Source of the DNA: Gemmatimonadales bacterium
GTDB taxonomy: Bacteria > Gemmatimonadota > Gemmatimonadetes > Gemmatimonadales > GWC2-71-9
Assembly (NCBI GenBank): GCA_035505915.1
Contig: DATJQI010000054.1
Span: forward strand, 93,854 to 157,853
Length of the DNA stretch: 64,000 nt
Direction of reading: 5' to 3'
Shown here: positions 47,603 to 58,503 of the stretch, piece by piece
Layout: each line of letters opens with the position of its first letter
How positions within the stretch are numbered: the first letter of the stretch is position 1
The notes under the pieces: generated by a model
The model's database searches: none
Seen by the model: only the letters and a program-made list of their open reading frames with translations
What the model was told of the DNA's origin: nothing
Program-made: the position numbers and the translations under genes

Positions 47603-47985
47603 GGCTGGGGACGGCGGTGCTGGCGCTGGCGGGCGCGGCTGCCTGCGCCCGGCGGGGCGTCCCGCAAGGTTCGCCGACCCCGCTGTCCCGCTACGAGATC
47701 CTGGTGCCGGGCCGTGATTCCTTGAGCGCGGCGCTGGCCGCGGCATTTTCCCGCGAGGGGTTCACGGTACAAGGCGACGTCCGGGGTGGTGGCCGGCCCG
47801 CGGCGGCCCTGGTGCTTTGGCGGTTCGTGGATCCTTCGGGGCGGGGAAGCCTCGAGGCCCAGCTGGCCGATACCCGCCGCGGCACCGTTCTCGCCACTAC
47901 CACCATTCCCGCCGACACTCTTCGGGACGATCTGCCGGCCCGGGCGATGCTCATTGTCCGCGGCCTCTTAGCCCCCTCCCCTTGA
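47599..47985 (+). CDS. Small lipoprotein, unknown function
   Basis: GTG overlaps the upstream stop (GTGA). Lipobox LALAGAAAC. 128 aa. Confidence 0.5.
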   Translation: MRLGTAVLALAGAAACARRGVPQGSPTPLSRYEILVPGRDSLSAALAAAFSREGFTVQGDVRGGGRPAAALVLWRFVDPSGRGSLEAQLADTRRGTVLATTTIPADTLRDDLPARAMLIVRGLLAPSP

Positions 47986-48010
47986 CTTAGGGCCTCAAAG
48001 GGGAGAGTAT
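47982..48010 (+). promoter_or_regulatory. Candidate groESL promoter
   Basis: TTGACT, 17 nt, GAGTAT, immediately upstream of the CIRCE operator. Confidence 0.4.
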
Positions 48011-48022
48011 ACCATCCGGTTG

Positions 48023-48049
48023 TTGGCACTCACCAAAGAGGAGTGCTAA
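48023..48049 (+). promoter_or_regulatory. CIRCE operator (HrcA binding site)
   Basis: TTGGCACTC-N9-GAGTGCTAA matches the CIRCE consensus TTAGCACTC-N9-GAGTGCTAA at 17 of 18 positions. It lies 50 nt upstream of groES. Confidence 0.9.
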
Positions 48050-48099
48050 CAACGTTTCGTCGCAACCACTTAGTCCTGTACAGCTGGAGGCAGACGGTT

Positions 48100-48411
48100 A
48101 TGGCAACCGGAAGCAAGGGTGGGAAGCACAAGGTGCTTCCGCTCGGCGATCGGGTCGCGATCAAGCCGGCGGAGGAGACCGAGACGATGAAGGGCGGGCT
48201 CTACATCCCCGATACCGCGAAGGAAAAGCCGATCCAGGGCGACGTCGTCGCCGTCGGTCCCGGCCGGACGGAGAAGGGGGACAAGGTCCCGATGGAGCTG
48301 AAGGTGGGAGACCGGGTGATCTACGGGAAGTACTCCGGCACGCCGGTGGAGCTGGATGGTGAGGAGATCATCCTCATCAAGGAATCCGACGTCATCGCGA
48401 AGCTCGGTTAA
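48100..48411 (+). CDS. groES: Co-chaperonin GroES
   Basis: ATG at 48100 with GGAGG 9 nt upstream. [43 protein letters not shown]. Confidence 0.95.
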   Translation: MATGSKGGKHKVLPLGDRVAIKPAEETETMKGGLYIPDTAKEKPIQGDVVAVGPGRTEKGDKVPMELKVGDRVIYGKYSGTPVELDGEEIILIKESDVIAKLG

Positions 48412-50058
<1,647 letters not shown>

Positions 50059-50162
50059 ACGGCTAGACGCACAGACGCACAGACGCACAGACGCCTAGAC
50101 GCACAGACGCCTAGACGCACAGACGCCTAGACGCACAGACGCCTAGACGCACAGACGCACAG
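50059..50162. repeat. 8-bp tandem repeat (13 units of ACGCACAG / ACGCCTAG)
   Basis: Read directly: acggctag, acgcacag x3, (acgcctag acgcacag) x4, acgcacag. It starts one nt after the groEL stop. Confidence 0.95.
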
Positions 50163-50244
50163 ATGGGGATCGGCTGGTCGGTTACAGGGGGGCTATCCTG
50201 TTATCGGCCAGCCGTTTCCCATCTGTGCGTCTGCGCGTCTAGCC
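50061..50244. repeat. Long imperfect palindromic element (REP/MITE-like). Probable groESL terminator or stabiliser hairpin.
   Basis: Arms 50141-50177 and 50208-50244 are complementary at 33 of 37 positions, and the inner segment 50178-50207 also pairs. The terminal 18-mer ggctagacgcacagacgc (50061-50078) equals 12534-12551. It is followed by ttatgttgt. Confidence 0.8.
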
Positions 50245-50257
50245 TTATGTTGTACTC

Positions 50258-52357
50258 GTGACCGCGCAGCCCCCCCTCCCCCCCAGTCCTCCCCCGGTGG
50301 CCGGCCCTCAGAAGGAGCGGGCCGCCCTGTCCCGGGAGCTGGGGGAGTTCCTGATCGAGCTGTCGATCGCCCTCCATAAGCACTCGATGTACCCCTCGGG
50401 GCATCCCTCCCTCCAGCCGGCCGCCGCCGGCGTGCTCCGACGCCTGATCAACCTCCTGCAGGAGCGGCCGACGCTGTCGCTGGGGGTGGCCCGGAACCAG
50501 CTCATCATCGAGGGGGTCGCCACCGATTCCAAACACCCGGTGCTCTCCGAGCTCGCCGGCCGCCTCCACCGCCATCACCTGGGCGCCGTGAGCTTTGCGC
50601 GCGGGGTGGAGGGGGGCGAGATCGAGGACGCGCTTCGGGTCCTCTCCGTGGAGCCGGGGCGGGGCGTCGAGGCCATCGGCCTGCAGAACCGTGAGCTGAT
50701 CCCGCAGTGGGACCACGTCAAGGTGCACCCCCTGACCTACGACCGGCTCGAGCTCCTGGACGACGAAGGGAACCCGGTCGGCTCGAAGGCCGAGCGGGCC
50801 AAGGCGGCGCAGCTGTGGATCGGCCTGGCGCGGGCGGCGCTGGCGGGCGAGCTGGAGGAGGATGCCGCCTCCGACATGAAACCCGCCGTCGTGGCGCAGG
50901 CCATCGACCAGCACGGCCGGGGCGAGGCCTACGACCAGGTCATCGTCGGCTACCTCCTCCAGATCGCGGAGGAGTTGAAGACCGTCGGCGGCCGGGAGGC
51001 GGTGGAGCTCCGGCGCCGCACTTCCCGGATGATTTCCGAGCTCCGGCCCGAGACGCTGTCGCGCCTCGTGGAAATGGGCGGGGACCTGGGGCAGCGCAAC
51101 AAGTTCGTGCTCGACGCGACGCACGGGATGGCGGTGGACGCCGTGCTCGAAATCGTGCGCGCGTACGCCACCAGCTCCAACCAGAACATCTCGCATTCCC
51201 TGGTGCGCATGCTGTCGAAACTGGCCGCGCACGCGGAGCAGGGGACCGCCGAAGTGCGGCCGCTGGCCGACGCCGCGCTCCGGGAGCAGGTGCAGCAGCT
51301 GCTCACCGGATGGCAGCTGGAGGATCCCAACCCCGGCGCCTACGGCACCGCGCTGCAGCGGATGTCGCGGGCCGCGCCCCTCTTCGCGGCGCCGGCCGAG
51401 TCGGTGTTCGGCCCGGAGGACGAGCGCCTGGTGGAGATGAGCCTGGAGCTCGACGTCGTCGGTCCCGCGGTGTGGCGGGCGGTGCGGAACATGGTGAGCG
51501 GCGACGCGCTCCCGCGCTTGCTCGAGCTCATCGAGGGCGCGCCCCCGAACACGCGCGCGGCCACCGAAGTCCGGAACCGCACCTTCACCGCCGACGCCGT
51601 CGCGCAGGTGCTCTCGGTCGAGCCGCCCGACTTCGCCCTGCTGGACCGGCTGCTGCCGATGGTGGGGCCGGCGGCGGCGGGACCGCTCCTCGACGCGCTC
51701 GCCACCGCCAACGCGCGCGCCACCCGTCGCGGGCTCCTCGACCGCCTCGGCAAACTGGGGCCGGCCCTGGCGCACGCCATCGTGCCCCGGCTTTCGGACG
51801 AGCGCTGGTACGTGGTGCGCAATCTCCTCGCGCTGCTCGACGACCTGCCCGAGCTGCCGGCGGGGTTCTCGCCGGCCGCGTTCCACGCCCATTCGGACCC
51901 GCGGGTGCGGCGGCAGGCGTTGAAGCTCGAGCTCCGCCATCCCGCCGAGCGCGAGCGGGCGCTCCTGACCGCCCTCGGTGACCGCGATCGGCAGACGCTC
52001 CACCTCGCGCTGGTGGCGGCGCAGACCGCGTGCCCGCCCTCGGCGGTGCCGCTCCTCCTGCAGCGCGCGCGGGACGAAGCGCTCCCGTCCGATTACCGGG
52101 CCCTCGCCATCAAGGCGCTCGGCCGCTCCCGCGCGCCGGAGGCCCTGTTGATTCTGGTCGACCTGACCGACGGCGGGCGGACGCTCCTGGGCCGACCCAA
52201 GCTCAAGCCGAAATCGCCCGAGCTCCTGGCCGCGCTCTCGGCCCTGGCGGCGGGGTGGGGGACGGACGACCGCGCGACGGCGGTCCTGGCCCGCGCCGCC
52301 CAGCACGCGGACGCGGACGTCCGCGCGGCGACCGACCCCAGCATCGGGACCGCATGA
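50258..52357 (+). CDS. 699-aa protein: N-terminal domain paralogous to the N-terminus of the downstream HD-GYP protein, plus C-terminal HEAT-like repeats
   Basis: GTG start 13 nt after the palindrome. LSIALHKHSMYPSGHPSLQPAAAGVLRRL aligns with LAQALAGMSLYGDGHPARMRGIDAAFEQL in the next gene. C-terminal motifs DERWYVVRNLLALL, DPRVRRQALKL, DADVRAA. Confidence 0.6.
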   Translation: MTAQPPLPPSPPPVAGPQKERAALSRELGEFLIELSIALHKHSMYPSGHPSLQPAAAGVLRRLINLLQERPTLSLGVARNQLIIEGVATDSKHPVLSELAGRLHRHHLGAVSFARGVEGGEIEDALRVLSVEPGRGVEAIGLQNRELIPQWDHVKVHPLTYDRLELLDDEGNPVGSKAERAKAAQLWIGLARAALAGELEEDAASDMKPAVVAQAIDQHGRGEAYDQVIVGYLLQIAEELKTVGGREAVELRRRTSRMISELRPETLSRLVEMGGDLGQRNKFVLDATHGMAVDAVLEIVRAYATSSNQNISHSLVRMLSKLAAHAEQGTAEVRPLADAALREQVQQLLTGWQLEDPNPGAYGTALQRMSRAAPLFAAPAESVFGPEDERLVEMSLELDVVGPAVWRAVRNMVSGDALPRLLELIEGAPPNTRAATEVRNRTFTADAVAQVLSVEPPDFALLDRLLPMVGPAAAGPLLDALATANARATRRGLLDRLGKLGPALAHAIVPRLSDERWYVVRNLLALLDDLPELPAGFSPAAFHAHSDPRVRRQALKLELRHPAERERALLTALGDRDRQTLHLALVAAQTACPPSAVPLLLQRARDEALPSDYRALAIKALGRSRAPEALLILVDLTDGGRTLLGRPKLKPKSPELLAALSALAAGWGTDDRATAVLARAAQHADADVRAATDPSIGTA

Positions 52358-53619
52358 GCGATCCGGTCAAGTTCCTCGGCTCTCTGGCCCAGGCGCTCGC
52401 CGGGATGTCCCTCTACGGGGACGGGCATCCGGCGCGCATGCGGGGCATCGACGCCGCGTTCGAGCAGCTCGCCGGTCTCCAGAAGGAGACTCCCACGCCC
52501 CTCTTCACCTTCCTGGGCGACGAGGTGGTGTACGGGAAAATGCCGCTGCGGGAGCTCAAGGCCTGGGACTGGTCCATGCGTCTGGCCCAGGCCGGGATCC
52601 AGCGCCTGGAGTTCGCTCCGGGAGTGACCCGGGACGAGTTCGAGGTCTTCCTGGAGGAGGTCCTGGCCCGGCTGACCCTCGCCACCATCGACACGTCCGA
52701 GGCGCGCCAGACCCGCCGCACGAGCATCAAGTTCGGGAGCGTGGGCATCCGCGGCGAGCAGCCGGGCCCGCGGGACGACCTCCTGCCCACGGCCACCATC
52801 CGGTTCTCGCTGGGTGAGGAGGCCGAGGCGATCCGGTGGATGCACGACGAGGTGAAGACCCACGGGGCCTTGCCGCTCGCCGAAGCGGAGGCGGTGGTCC
52901 GCTCGCTGTCGGTGGCGATGCACGGTGACCGCCAGCTCGTGCTGCCCCTGCTGCAGCTCAAGGAGTTCGACCAGTACACCACGACGCACTCGATGAACGT
53001 CTCCGTGCTCGCGATGGCGCTGGCGGAATTCATGGGGATGGGCGCGAACGACGTACGCGGGTTCGGCGTGGCCGGGCTGCTGCACGACCTGGGCAAGATC
53101 AAGATTCCGCTCGAGATCCTCACCAAGCCCGGCAAGCTCACGCCCGACGAGCGGCTGGTGATGAACCAGCACCCCGAGCAGGGCGCGCGGATCATTCTCG
53201 AGTCCGAGGAGGAGCTGGATCTCGCCGCGATCGTCGCCTACGAGCATCACATCATGCTCAACGGCGGCGGATACCCGCGGATGCACTACGGCCGGCCCTG
53301 CCACCGGGCCAGCAACCTGGTGCACGTCTGCGACGTCTACGACGCCCTGCGCACCAAGCGCCCGTATCGCGATGCGTGGGAGGCGGACCGCATCCTGCCG
53401 TACCTGGAGGGCCGGGCGGGGATGGAGTTCGACCCCGACGTCGTGCAGGCGTTCATGTCGATGATGCGGAAATGGGAGCCGCGGGTCGCCGTGCTGACGG
53501 AGGAGCAGGCCGCGGCCGCGGTCGCACCCGGGAACGGCTCCGGGGTATCGGCGTCCGTACCGCCGGCGGCGGAGTCTCCGCCGGCGGAGCCGCCGCCATC
53601 TGGTCCCTCAGCGTCGTGA
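52354..53619 (+). CDS. HD-GYP domain protein (probable c-di-GMP phosphodiesterase class II)
   Basis: ATG overlaps the upstream stop (ATGA). HSMNVSVLA..AGLLHDLGKIKIP...HHIMLNGGGYPR. Confidence 0.85.
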   Translation: MSDPVKFLGSLAQALAGMSLYGDGHPARMRGIDAAFEQLAGLQKETPTPLFTFLGDEVVYGKMPLRELKAWDWSMRLAQAGIQRLEFAPGVTRDEFEVFLEEVLARLTLATIDTSEARQTRRTSIKFGSVGIRGEQPGPRDDLLPTATIRFSLGEEAEAIRWMHDEVKTHGALPLAEAEAVVRSLSVAMHGDRQLVLPLLQLKEFDQYTTTHSMNVSVLAMALAEFMGMGANDVRGFGVAGLLHDLGKIKIPLEILTKPGKLTPDERLVMNQHPEQGARIILESEEELDLAAIVAYEHHIMLNGGGYPRMHYGRPCHRASNLVHVCDVYDALRTKRPYRDAWEADRILPYLEGRAGMEFDPDVVQAFMSMMRKWEPRVAVLTEEQAAAAVAPGNGSGVSASVPPAAESPPAEPPPSGPSAS

Positions 53620-54014
53620 GGTTGCGCATGCGGTGTCGCACGGTATGGTCGCTGGTCCTCGTGCTGCTGGCGCGTCCCGCCGCGGGGCAGAGTCCCCGGC
53701 GAGTCCACCTCGAAGGCGAGTGGGAGGCGAAAGCCTCCGACGGACTCCACTACGTCATGGTGCGCGCCGACTCCTCGGCGCAGTTCGGCGAGCAGGTGGC
53801 GCGGTGGCGGGTGGTGGGGGACAGCATGTGGTTCACGCTGGGGGACGGCGCGTGGCAGGTGTACGGCCTGAAGATCTCGGGCGACAAGCTCACCCTGTCG
53901 GGCGGCGACCTCGACAAGCCGGTGACGCTGCGGCGGGTCGGTCCGCCGACGCCGCGCCCGGCGGGACTCGTGGTGCCGGATGCGCCGCCCGACACGGCGC
54001 GCGCCTGGAACTAG
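53616..54014 (+). CDS. Small secreted protein, unknown function
   Basis: GTG 53616 overlaps the HD-GYP stop (GTGA), with ATG 53628 as an alternative. Signal peptide RCRTVWSLVLVLLARPAAGQ. Confidence 0.5.
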   Translation: MRLRMRCRTVWSLVLVLLARPAAGQSPRRVHLEGEWEAKASDGLHYVMVRADSSAQFGEQVARWRVVGDSMWFTLGDGAWQVYGLKISGDKLTLSGGDLDKPVTLRRVGPPTPRPAGLVVPDAPPDTARAWN

Positions 54015-55895
54015 CTACTGCGCCAGGATGTGGGTCTCGGGAATTCCCGTGATCCGCCAGCCCGACTTCTCGCGGTGGAAGGTCATCGCCGATACCTGCG
54101 TCCATTCCTGGGGGACGCGGGCCTGCGTCCGCAGGTCCCGGAAATGTCCGCGGACGACGCCGCGGGCGGTCGCGCCCTTCACCGTGAGTGAGTCCGCGGC
54201 GAACGTCGCGTCGACGCTGATCACCCCGTCGAACAAGCGCTGCCAGTCGGATGCCTCGCGATCGGTGATCGTCGGGTAGAGGGTCCGCATGTTCGCCACC
54301 TGCCGGCTCTGAATGGCCCGCGCGAAATCCGACAGCAGCTGGTTGATGGCGCCCCGCGGGTCGCTCGGTTGCGGCGTGACCGTGCGCACCCGCGCCCCGG
54401 CCGCGACGGCGGCGTTCTCGGCCGCGGCGGCGGCCAGTGCCGCCATCACGTAGTTCCGGTTCTCGAACAGGGAGTCGGCCTGGGCGAGGGCGGCCGGCGC
54501 ACCCGTGGGAGCCCGGCCGGGCTTGATCGAGTGCACGAGCGTCGTCGCGTGATCGAGACGCCGGCGGGCGTCCGTCCGCGCGCTGTCCGTCTCCGACATG
54601 GCTTTCCGGTACTCCGTGCGCGCGCCGCTGTATCCGGCGGTCGCCCGGACCGGATCCGCTCCCCGCGCCGCCTGGTCGGCGGCCAGGAGCATCCCGTCGG
54701 CCACCAGCATGGAGGGGACATTGTTGACGAGGGCCCCCGCCGCCAGGGCGCGCCCCCGGGCGCCATAGGCGGAATCCCGCGTCGCCGAGAGCCGCGGGGC
54801 GAGACCCGCGATGGGGCGCGGATCGAAGAGCGGGGGATTCGGATGCCGGGGCGGGATGGTCACGGCCACGGGGGCCGGCGCGGTGGGTGCCGACAGCGAG
54901 AAGTACGCGGCCACGATCGCGGCGGCGAGCAAGCCGAGGAGCGCCACCAGCCGGACGCGCAGGGAGGTCGGGGCCGCCAGGCGGAGCGAGATCCGCGTGA
55001 AGGGCGAGCGGAACCGGTCGATCTGCTCCGTCGTGGTCGTCGTGGGGTCGGACAGCGCGTGCCGGATTCCCAGGAGCGTGGTCCGGAATTCGTCCGCCGT
55101 GGCGAACCGCTCGCCGGGCGTCTTGGCCATCGCCTTGAGCGTCACCCGCTCGAGCGACGCCGGAATGGACGGCGCCACGGTGCGGAGCGGCTTGGGCGTG
55201 GTGGACAGCACCTGGTAGAAGACGCCGTGGACGGTCTCGGCTTCGAACGGCCGTTCATAGGTGAGCAGCTCGTAGAGGAGGCAGCCCGCGGCGAAGACGT
55301 CGGTGGCCGGCGTAATGTCACCGTTGGTGATCTGCTCCGGCGCCATGTAGGAAGGCGTCCCGACGATCACGCCGCCCGAGCCGGTGTTGTCGGCGTTCTG
55401 CAGCCGGGCGATCCCGAAGTCCATGATCTTGAGACGCCCGTCCGCGGCGATCCGGACATTCGACGGCTTGATGTCACGGTGGATGACGCCGCGGGCGTGC
55501 GCGTAGCCCAGACCCTGGAGCAGCTCCACGACGAGGTCCAGCTTGTGCTCGAGGGGGAGCGGGGCGCGCACCGCGATCAGATCCGACAGGTCCCGTCCTT
55601 CCACCAGCTCCATGGCGATGAACAGCTGGCCCTCGGATTCCCCGAGGTCGTAGACCGTGACGATGTTGGGGTGCTGGAGCGCCGCGGCGGCGCGCGCCTC
55701 GCGGTGGAACCGCTCGCGCAGCTCCTGCGTGCGTCCGAACGACGGGTTGAGGAGCTTCAGCGCCACGAACCGGCGCAGGACCGAGTCGTAGGCCTTCCAC
55801 ACGACCCCCATCGCGCCCTCGCCGATGCGCTCGTGCAGCTCGAACTTGTGCAGGCGCCGGTACGCGCCGTCGCCGGCCGGCGCCTCCGGATCCAT
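54015..55895 (-). CDS. Transmembrane Ser/Thr protein kinase with extracytoplasmic NTF2/SnoaL-like C-terminal domain
   Basis: ATG at 55895 shares 1 nt with the upstream stop (TGATG). IGEGAMGVVWKA..VALK, HRDIKPSNV, DFGIARL. TM helix LVALLGLLAAAIVAAYF. The 289-aa upstream extension in the track was rejected. Confidence 0.88.
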   Translation of the reverse strand: MDPEAPAGDGAYRRLHKFELHERIGEGAMGVVWKAYDSVLRRFVALKLLNPSFGRTQELRERFHREARAAAALQHPNIVTVYDLGESEGQLFIAMELVEGRDLSDLIAVRAPLPLEHKLDLVVELLQGLGYAHARGVIHRDIKPSNVRIAADGRLKIMDFGIARLQNADNTGSGGVIVGTPSYMAPEQITNGDITPATDVFAAGCLLYELLTYERPFEAETVHGVFYQVLSTTPKPLRTVAPSIPASLERVTLKAMAKTPGERFATADEFRTTLLGIRHALSDPTTTTTEQIDRFRSPFTRISLRLAAPTSLRVRLVALLGLLAAAIVAAYFSLSAPTAPAPVAVTIPPRHPNPPLFDPRPIAGLAPRLSATRDSAYGARGRALAAGALVNNVPSMLVADGMLLAADQAARGADPVRATAGYSGARTEYRKAMSETDSARTDARRRLDHATTLVHSIKPGRAPTGAPAALAQADSLFENRNYVMAALAAAAAENAAVAAGARVRTVTPQPSDPRGAINQLLSDFARAIQSRQVANMRTLYPTITDREASDWQRLFDGVISVDATFAADSLTVKGATARGVVRGHFRDLRTQARVPQEWTQVSAMTFHREKSGWRITGIPETHILAQ

Positions 55896-57070
55896 CAGCG
55901 CGTCGCCCAGTCGTACACCCGGCCCAGCACGGACCGCGTGGCTTCGTCGACCACCACGTCGCGGCGGGGCAGCACGCGCTCCACCACCCGGAGGAACCCT
56001 TCGCGGGTCATCCGCGCGTCGCCGTCGCCGCCCCACGCGAACGGCGGGACGTATTTGGGCGGGCGGACGGCGTCGAAGACGTTGGCGCCGGTGCCGATCA
56101 CGGAGCCCGTCGACAGCAGGGTCCCGATCGCGGTCTTGGCGTGGTCGCCGATCAGGGACCCCAGGTTGAGCTGGCCGGTGTCGATGGCGGCCCCCGCCAC
56201 GTCCAGGCGGATGGCGCCGTACGTGTTCTTCAGATTGGACGTGATGGTGCCGGCGCCGAGGTTGGCCCAGCGGCCGATCACGGAGTGGCCCAGGAAGCCG
56301 TCGTGCGCCTTGTTGGCGAACCCGAGGAACACGCAGGTCGAGATCTCCCCGCGCACGGTGCAGCGGGGACCGATGGCCGAGGCGCGGATGGGGCCGCCCA
56401 TCACCCGGGCGTTGGCGCCGATCCAGAGGGGGCCTTCCAGCCGAGTCCCGGACCGGACCTCCACGCCGCTTTCGAGCACGACGGGGCCGTGAGTCGTGTC
56501 GAACACGACGCCCGGCTCGACCGCGCCTTCCGTCACCGCGACCAGGCTGGGGTCGCCGACCACGATGGCGCCGGCCGGAATCCCGTCCACGCCGGGCAGG
56601 AGGCCCAGCAGGTCCTCCCGCAGAAGCGGTTCCAGCGCCGGCAGGAGCTCGTGGACGCCGTGCAGGACCAGGCCCGCCACTTCCACGGTGCGCGCGTCCC
56701 GCGCGGGGCCGTCCCAGCGGCTCCCCGCCGGCACGCTCCACCCCACGGTCACGCCGCCGCATACCAGGCGGGCCGGCTCATCGGGCAGGGCGGGGGCCAG
56801 ACCGCGGGGCGCGAAGGTGGAGGAGCCGACCACCGCGGGTCCCTCCACGGCGCGGCGCGCGGCCACCGGAGCGGAGCCGGGCTCGGAGAAGCCCACGAGG
56901 TGCGGGAGCGCGAACACCGCGGTCGCCTCGGTGCCGACGAAGGCTTCCCAGCGTTCGCGGATCAGATGCGCTCCGGCGCGGAGCTCCGCGAGGGGGCGCG
57001 AGCCGGCGAACGGCGCCCAGGGGGGACCGGGGTCGGGATCGAGGAGGTAGAGCGCCGGCGGCGTGGTCAC
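55895..57070 (-). CDS. Putative sugar nucleotidyltransferase with left-handed beta-helix (GlmU-like, alternative type)
   Basis: GTG at 57070 overlaps the manC-like stop (GTGA). The C-terminal half has hexapeptide repeats (IGANARV..IGPRCTV..IGRWANLGAGTITSNLKNTYG..IGDHAKTAIGTLL.TGSVIGTGANV). Confidence 0.7.
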   Translation of the reverse strand: MTTPPALYLLDPDPGPPWAPFAGSRPLAELRAGAHLIRERWEAFVGTEATAVFALPHLVGFSEPGSAPVAARRAVEGPAVVGSSTFAPRGLAPALPDEPARLVCGGVTVGWSVPAGSRWDGPARDARTVEVAGLVLHGVHELLPALEPLLREDLLGLLPGVDGIPAGAIVVGDPSLVAVTEGAVEPGVVFDTTHGPVVLESGVEVRSGTRLEGPLWIGANARVMGGPIRASAIGPRCTVRGEISTCVFLGFANKAHDGFLGHSVIGRWANLGAGTITSNLKNTYGAIRLDVAGAAIDTGQLNLGSLIGDHAKTAIGTLLSTGSVIGTGANVFDAVRPPKYVPPFAWGGDGDARMTREGFLRVVERVLPRRDVVVDEATRSVLGRVYDWATR

Positions 57071-58083
57071 AGGCGTTGCACCAGGGCCTTCAGTCGCTCG
57101 GCCTGGCCGGTGGGAATCACCAGCGTGTGTCCGTTGGCCCGCACCACCACCGTGTCCGACACCCCGGTCACCGCGAGGTGCTCGTCGTCGGTCCAGATCA
57201 CGGACCGGCGGACGTCGTCGCCCAGCGTCACGTTGCCGACGACGACGTTGCCGCGCGCGTCCGGCTTCCGGATGCGGAGCAGCGCGTCCCAGGAGCCGAT
57301 GTCGTCCCACCGGAAGTTGCCGGCCAGCACCGCGAGGCGCGTGGTCCGCTCGAGCACGGCGACGTCCACCGCCACGGGCGTGACGGCCGCGAAGAAGCGC
57401 GCGACGTCCCCGTCCTGCAGCGCGCCCCAGCCGGCCCGGAGCTCCACGGCGTGGGCCCGCGCCTCGTCGAGGAAGCGGGTGGTGCTCCACGCGAAGAGGC
57501 CGGTGTTCCAGAGGGCCCCGGATTTCCGCAGCACCTTGGCGCGGGCGGGGCTCGGCTTCTCGACGAAGCGGCGCACCTTGCGCGCGCCGGACCGCCCGAG
57601 GCGCGCGCCGGGGACGATGTAGCCGTAGCCGGTCTCGTCCCGCGAGGGCTTCACGCCCACGGTCACGAGGAGGTCGTGGGCGCGGGCCACGTCCACCGCC
57701 TTGGCGGCGGCGGCCCGGAACGCCACGTCGTCGCCGACGGCCCAGTCGGCGTGCAGGGAGAGCATGTCGGCGCCGGGATCCCGCCGGGCGATCTCGAGCG
57801 CCGCCCACGCGAGCGCGGGGGCCGTCGACGCCGCGCGCGGCTCGGCCAGGATCTGCGAGCGCGGCACCTCGGGCACGGCCTTCGCGACCTGCTCCACCAG
57901 GTACGGCCCGGTCAGGATCAGCACGCGGTCGGGGGGAACGAGCCCGGTCAGGCGCTGCACCGCCTGGGCGAGGAGGGGACGCTCCCCGGCGAGCGGCAGG
58001 AGCTGCTTGGGGCGCTCAGGCGTCGAGAGGGGCCAGAAGCGCGTCCCCGATCCGCCGGCCAGAATCGCCGCCCAGGTGCTCAT
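57067..58083 (-). CDS. Mannose-1-phosphate guanylyltransferase (nucleotidyltransferase domain only)
   Basis: AAILAGGSGTRFWPLSTPERPKQLLPL signature. 338 aa. Confidence 0.85.
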   Translation of the reverse strand: MSTWAAILAGGSGTRFWPLSTPERPKQLLPLAGERPLLAQAVQRLTGLVPPDRVLILTGPYLVEQVAKAVPEVPRSQILAEPRAASTAPALAWAALEIARRDPGADMLSLHADWAVGDDVAFRAAAAKAVDVARAHDLLVTVGVKPSRDETGYGYIVPGARLGRSGARKVRRFVEKPSPARAKVLRKSGALWNTGLFAWSTTRFLDEARAHAVELRAGWGALQDGDVARFFAAVTPVAVDVAVLERTTRLAVLAGNFRWDDIGSWDALLRIRKPDARGNVVVGNVTLGDDVRRSVIWTDDEHLAVTGVSDTVVVRANGHTLVIPTGQAERLKALVQRL

Positions 58084-58490
58084 GGCGCGTCTCCGGTCCC
58101 CATTTCGCCCACCAGGGTCGTGAGCCGGGTGGCGAGCTTGGTGGGACTGAAGGGTTTGGTGAGCAGACCGGCACCGAGGCGCCGGGCCTCGTCGAGGATG
58201 CGATCGCCCCCTTCGCCGGTGAGCACCAGAACCGGGAGGTCGCGGGTGCCGGCGTGCTCGCGGAGCTCGCGCAGGAAATCGATGCCGGAGCCGTCGGGGA
58301 GATGGAGGTCCAGGAGCATCGCGTCGATCCCCGCCAGGGCCGCTCGCGCCTCGCCGAGCGACCGCGCCAGGCTGACCTGGAAGCCCCGGGACTCGAGCTC
58401 GGGGCGGAGCAAGAGTCCGATGTGCGGCTCGTCGTCGACGACGAGCAGGTGCCGGGGGCGGGAAGGGCGGGGAGCGGGCGCCCGGGTCAC
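58080..58490 (-). CDS. Single-domain response regulator (CheY-like receiver)
   Basis: LLVVDDEP, phospho-acceptor context MLLDLHLPDGSG, LTKPF. 136 aa with no output domain. ATGA overlap with the downstream gene. Confidence 0.85.
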   Translation of the reverse strand: MTRAPAPRPSRPRHLLVVDDEPHIGLLLRPELESRGFQVSLARSLGEARAALAGIDAMLLDLHLPDGSGIDFLRELREHAGTRDLPVLVLTGEGGDRILDEARRLGAGLLTKPFSPTKLATRLTTLVGEMGTGDAP

Positions 58491-58503
58491 CGACCGACGG
58501 GCC

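Noticed and set aside
50059-50162. Tandem repeat considered as a CRISPR array
   Set aside because: The units are 8 bp and contiguous with no spacers, and there are no cas genes. It is a microsatellite-like expansion of the palindrome terminus.
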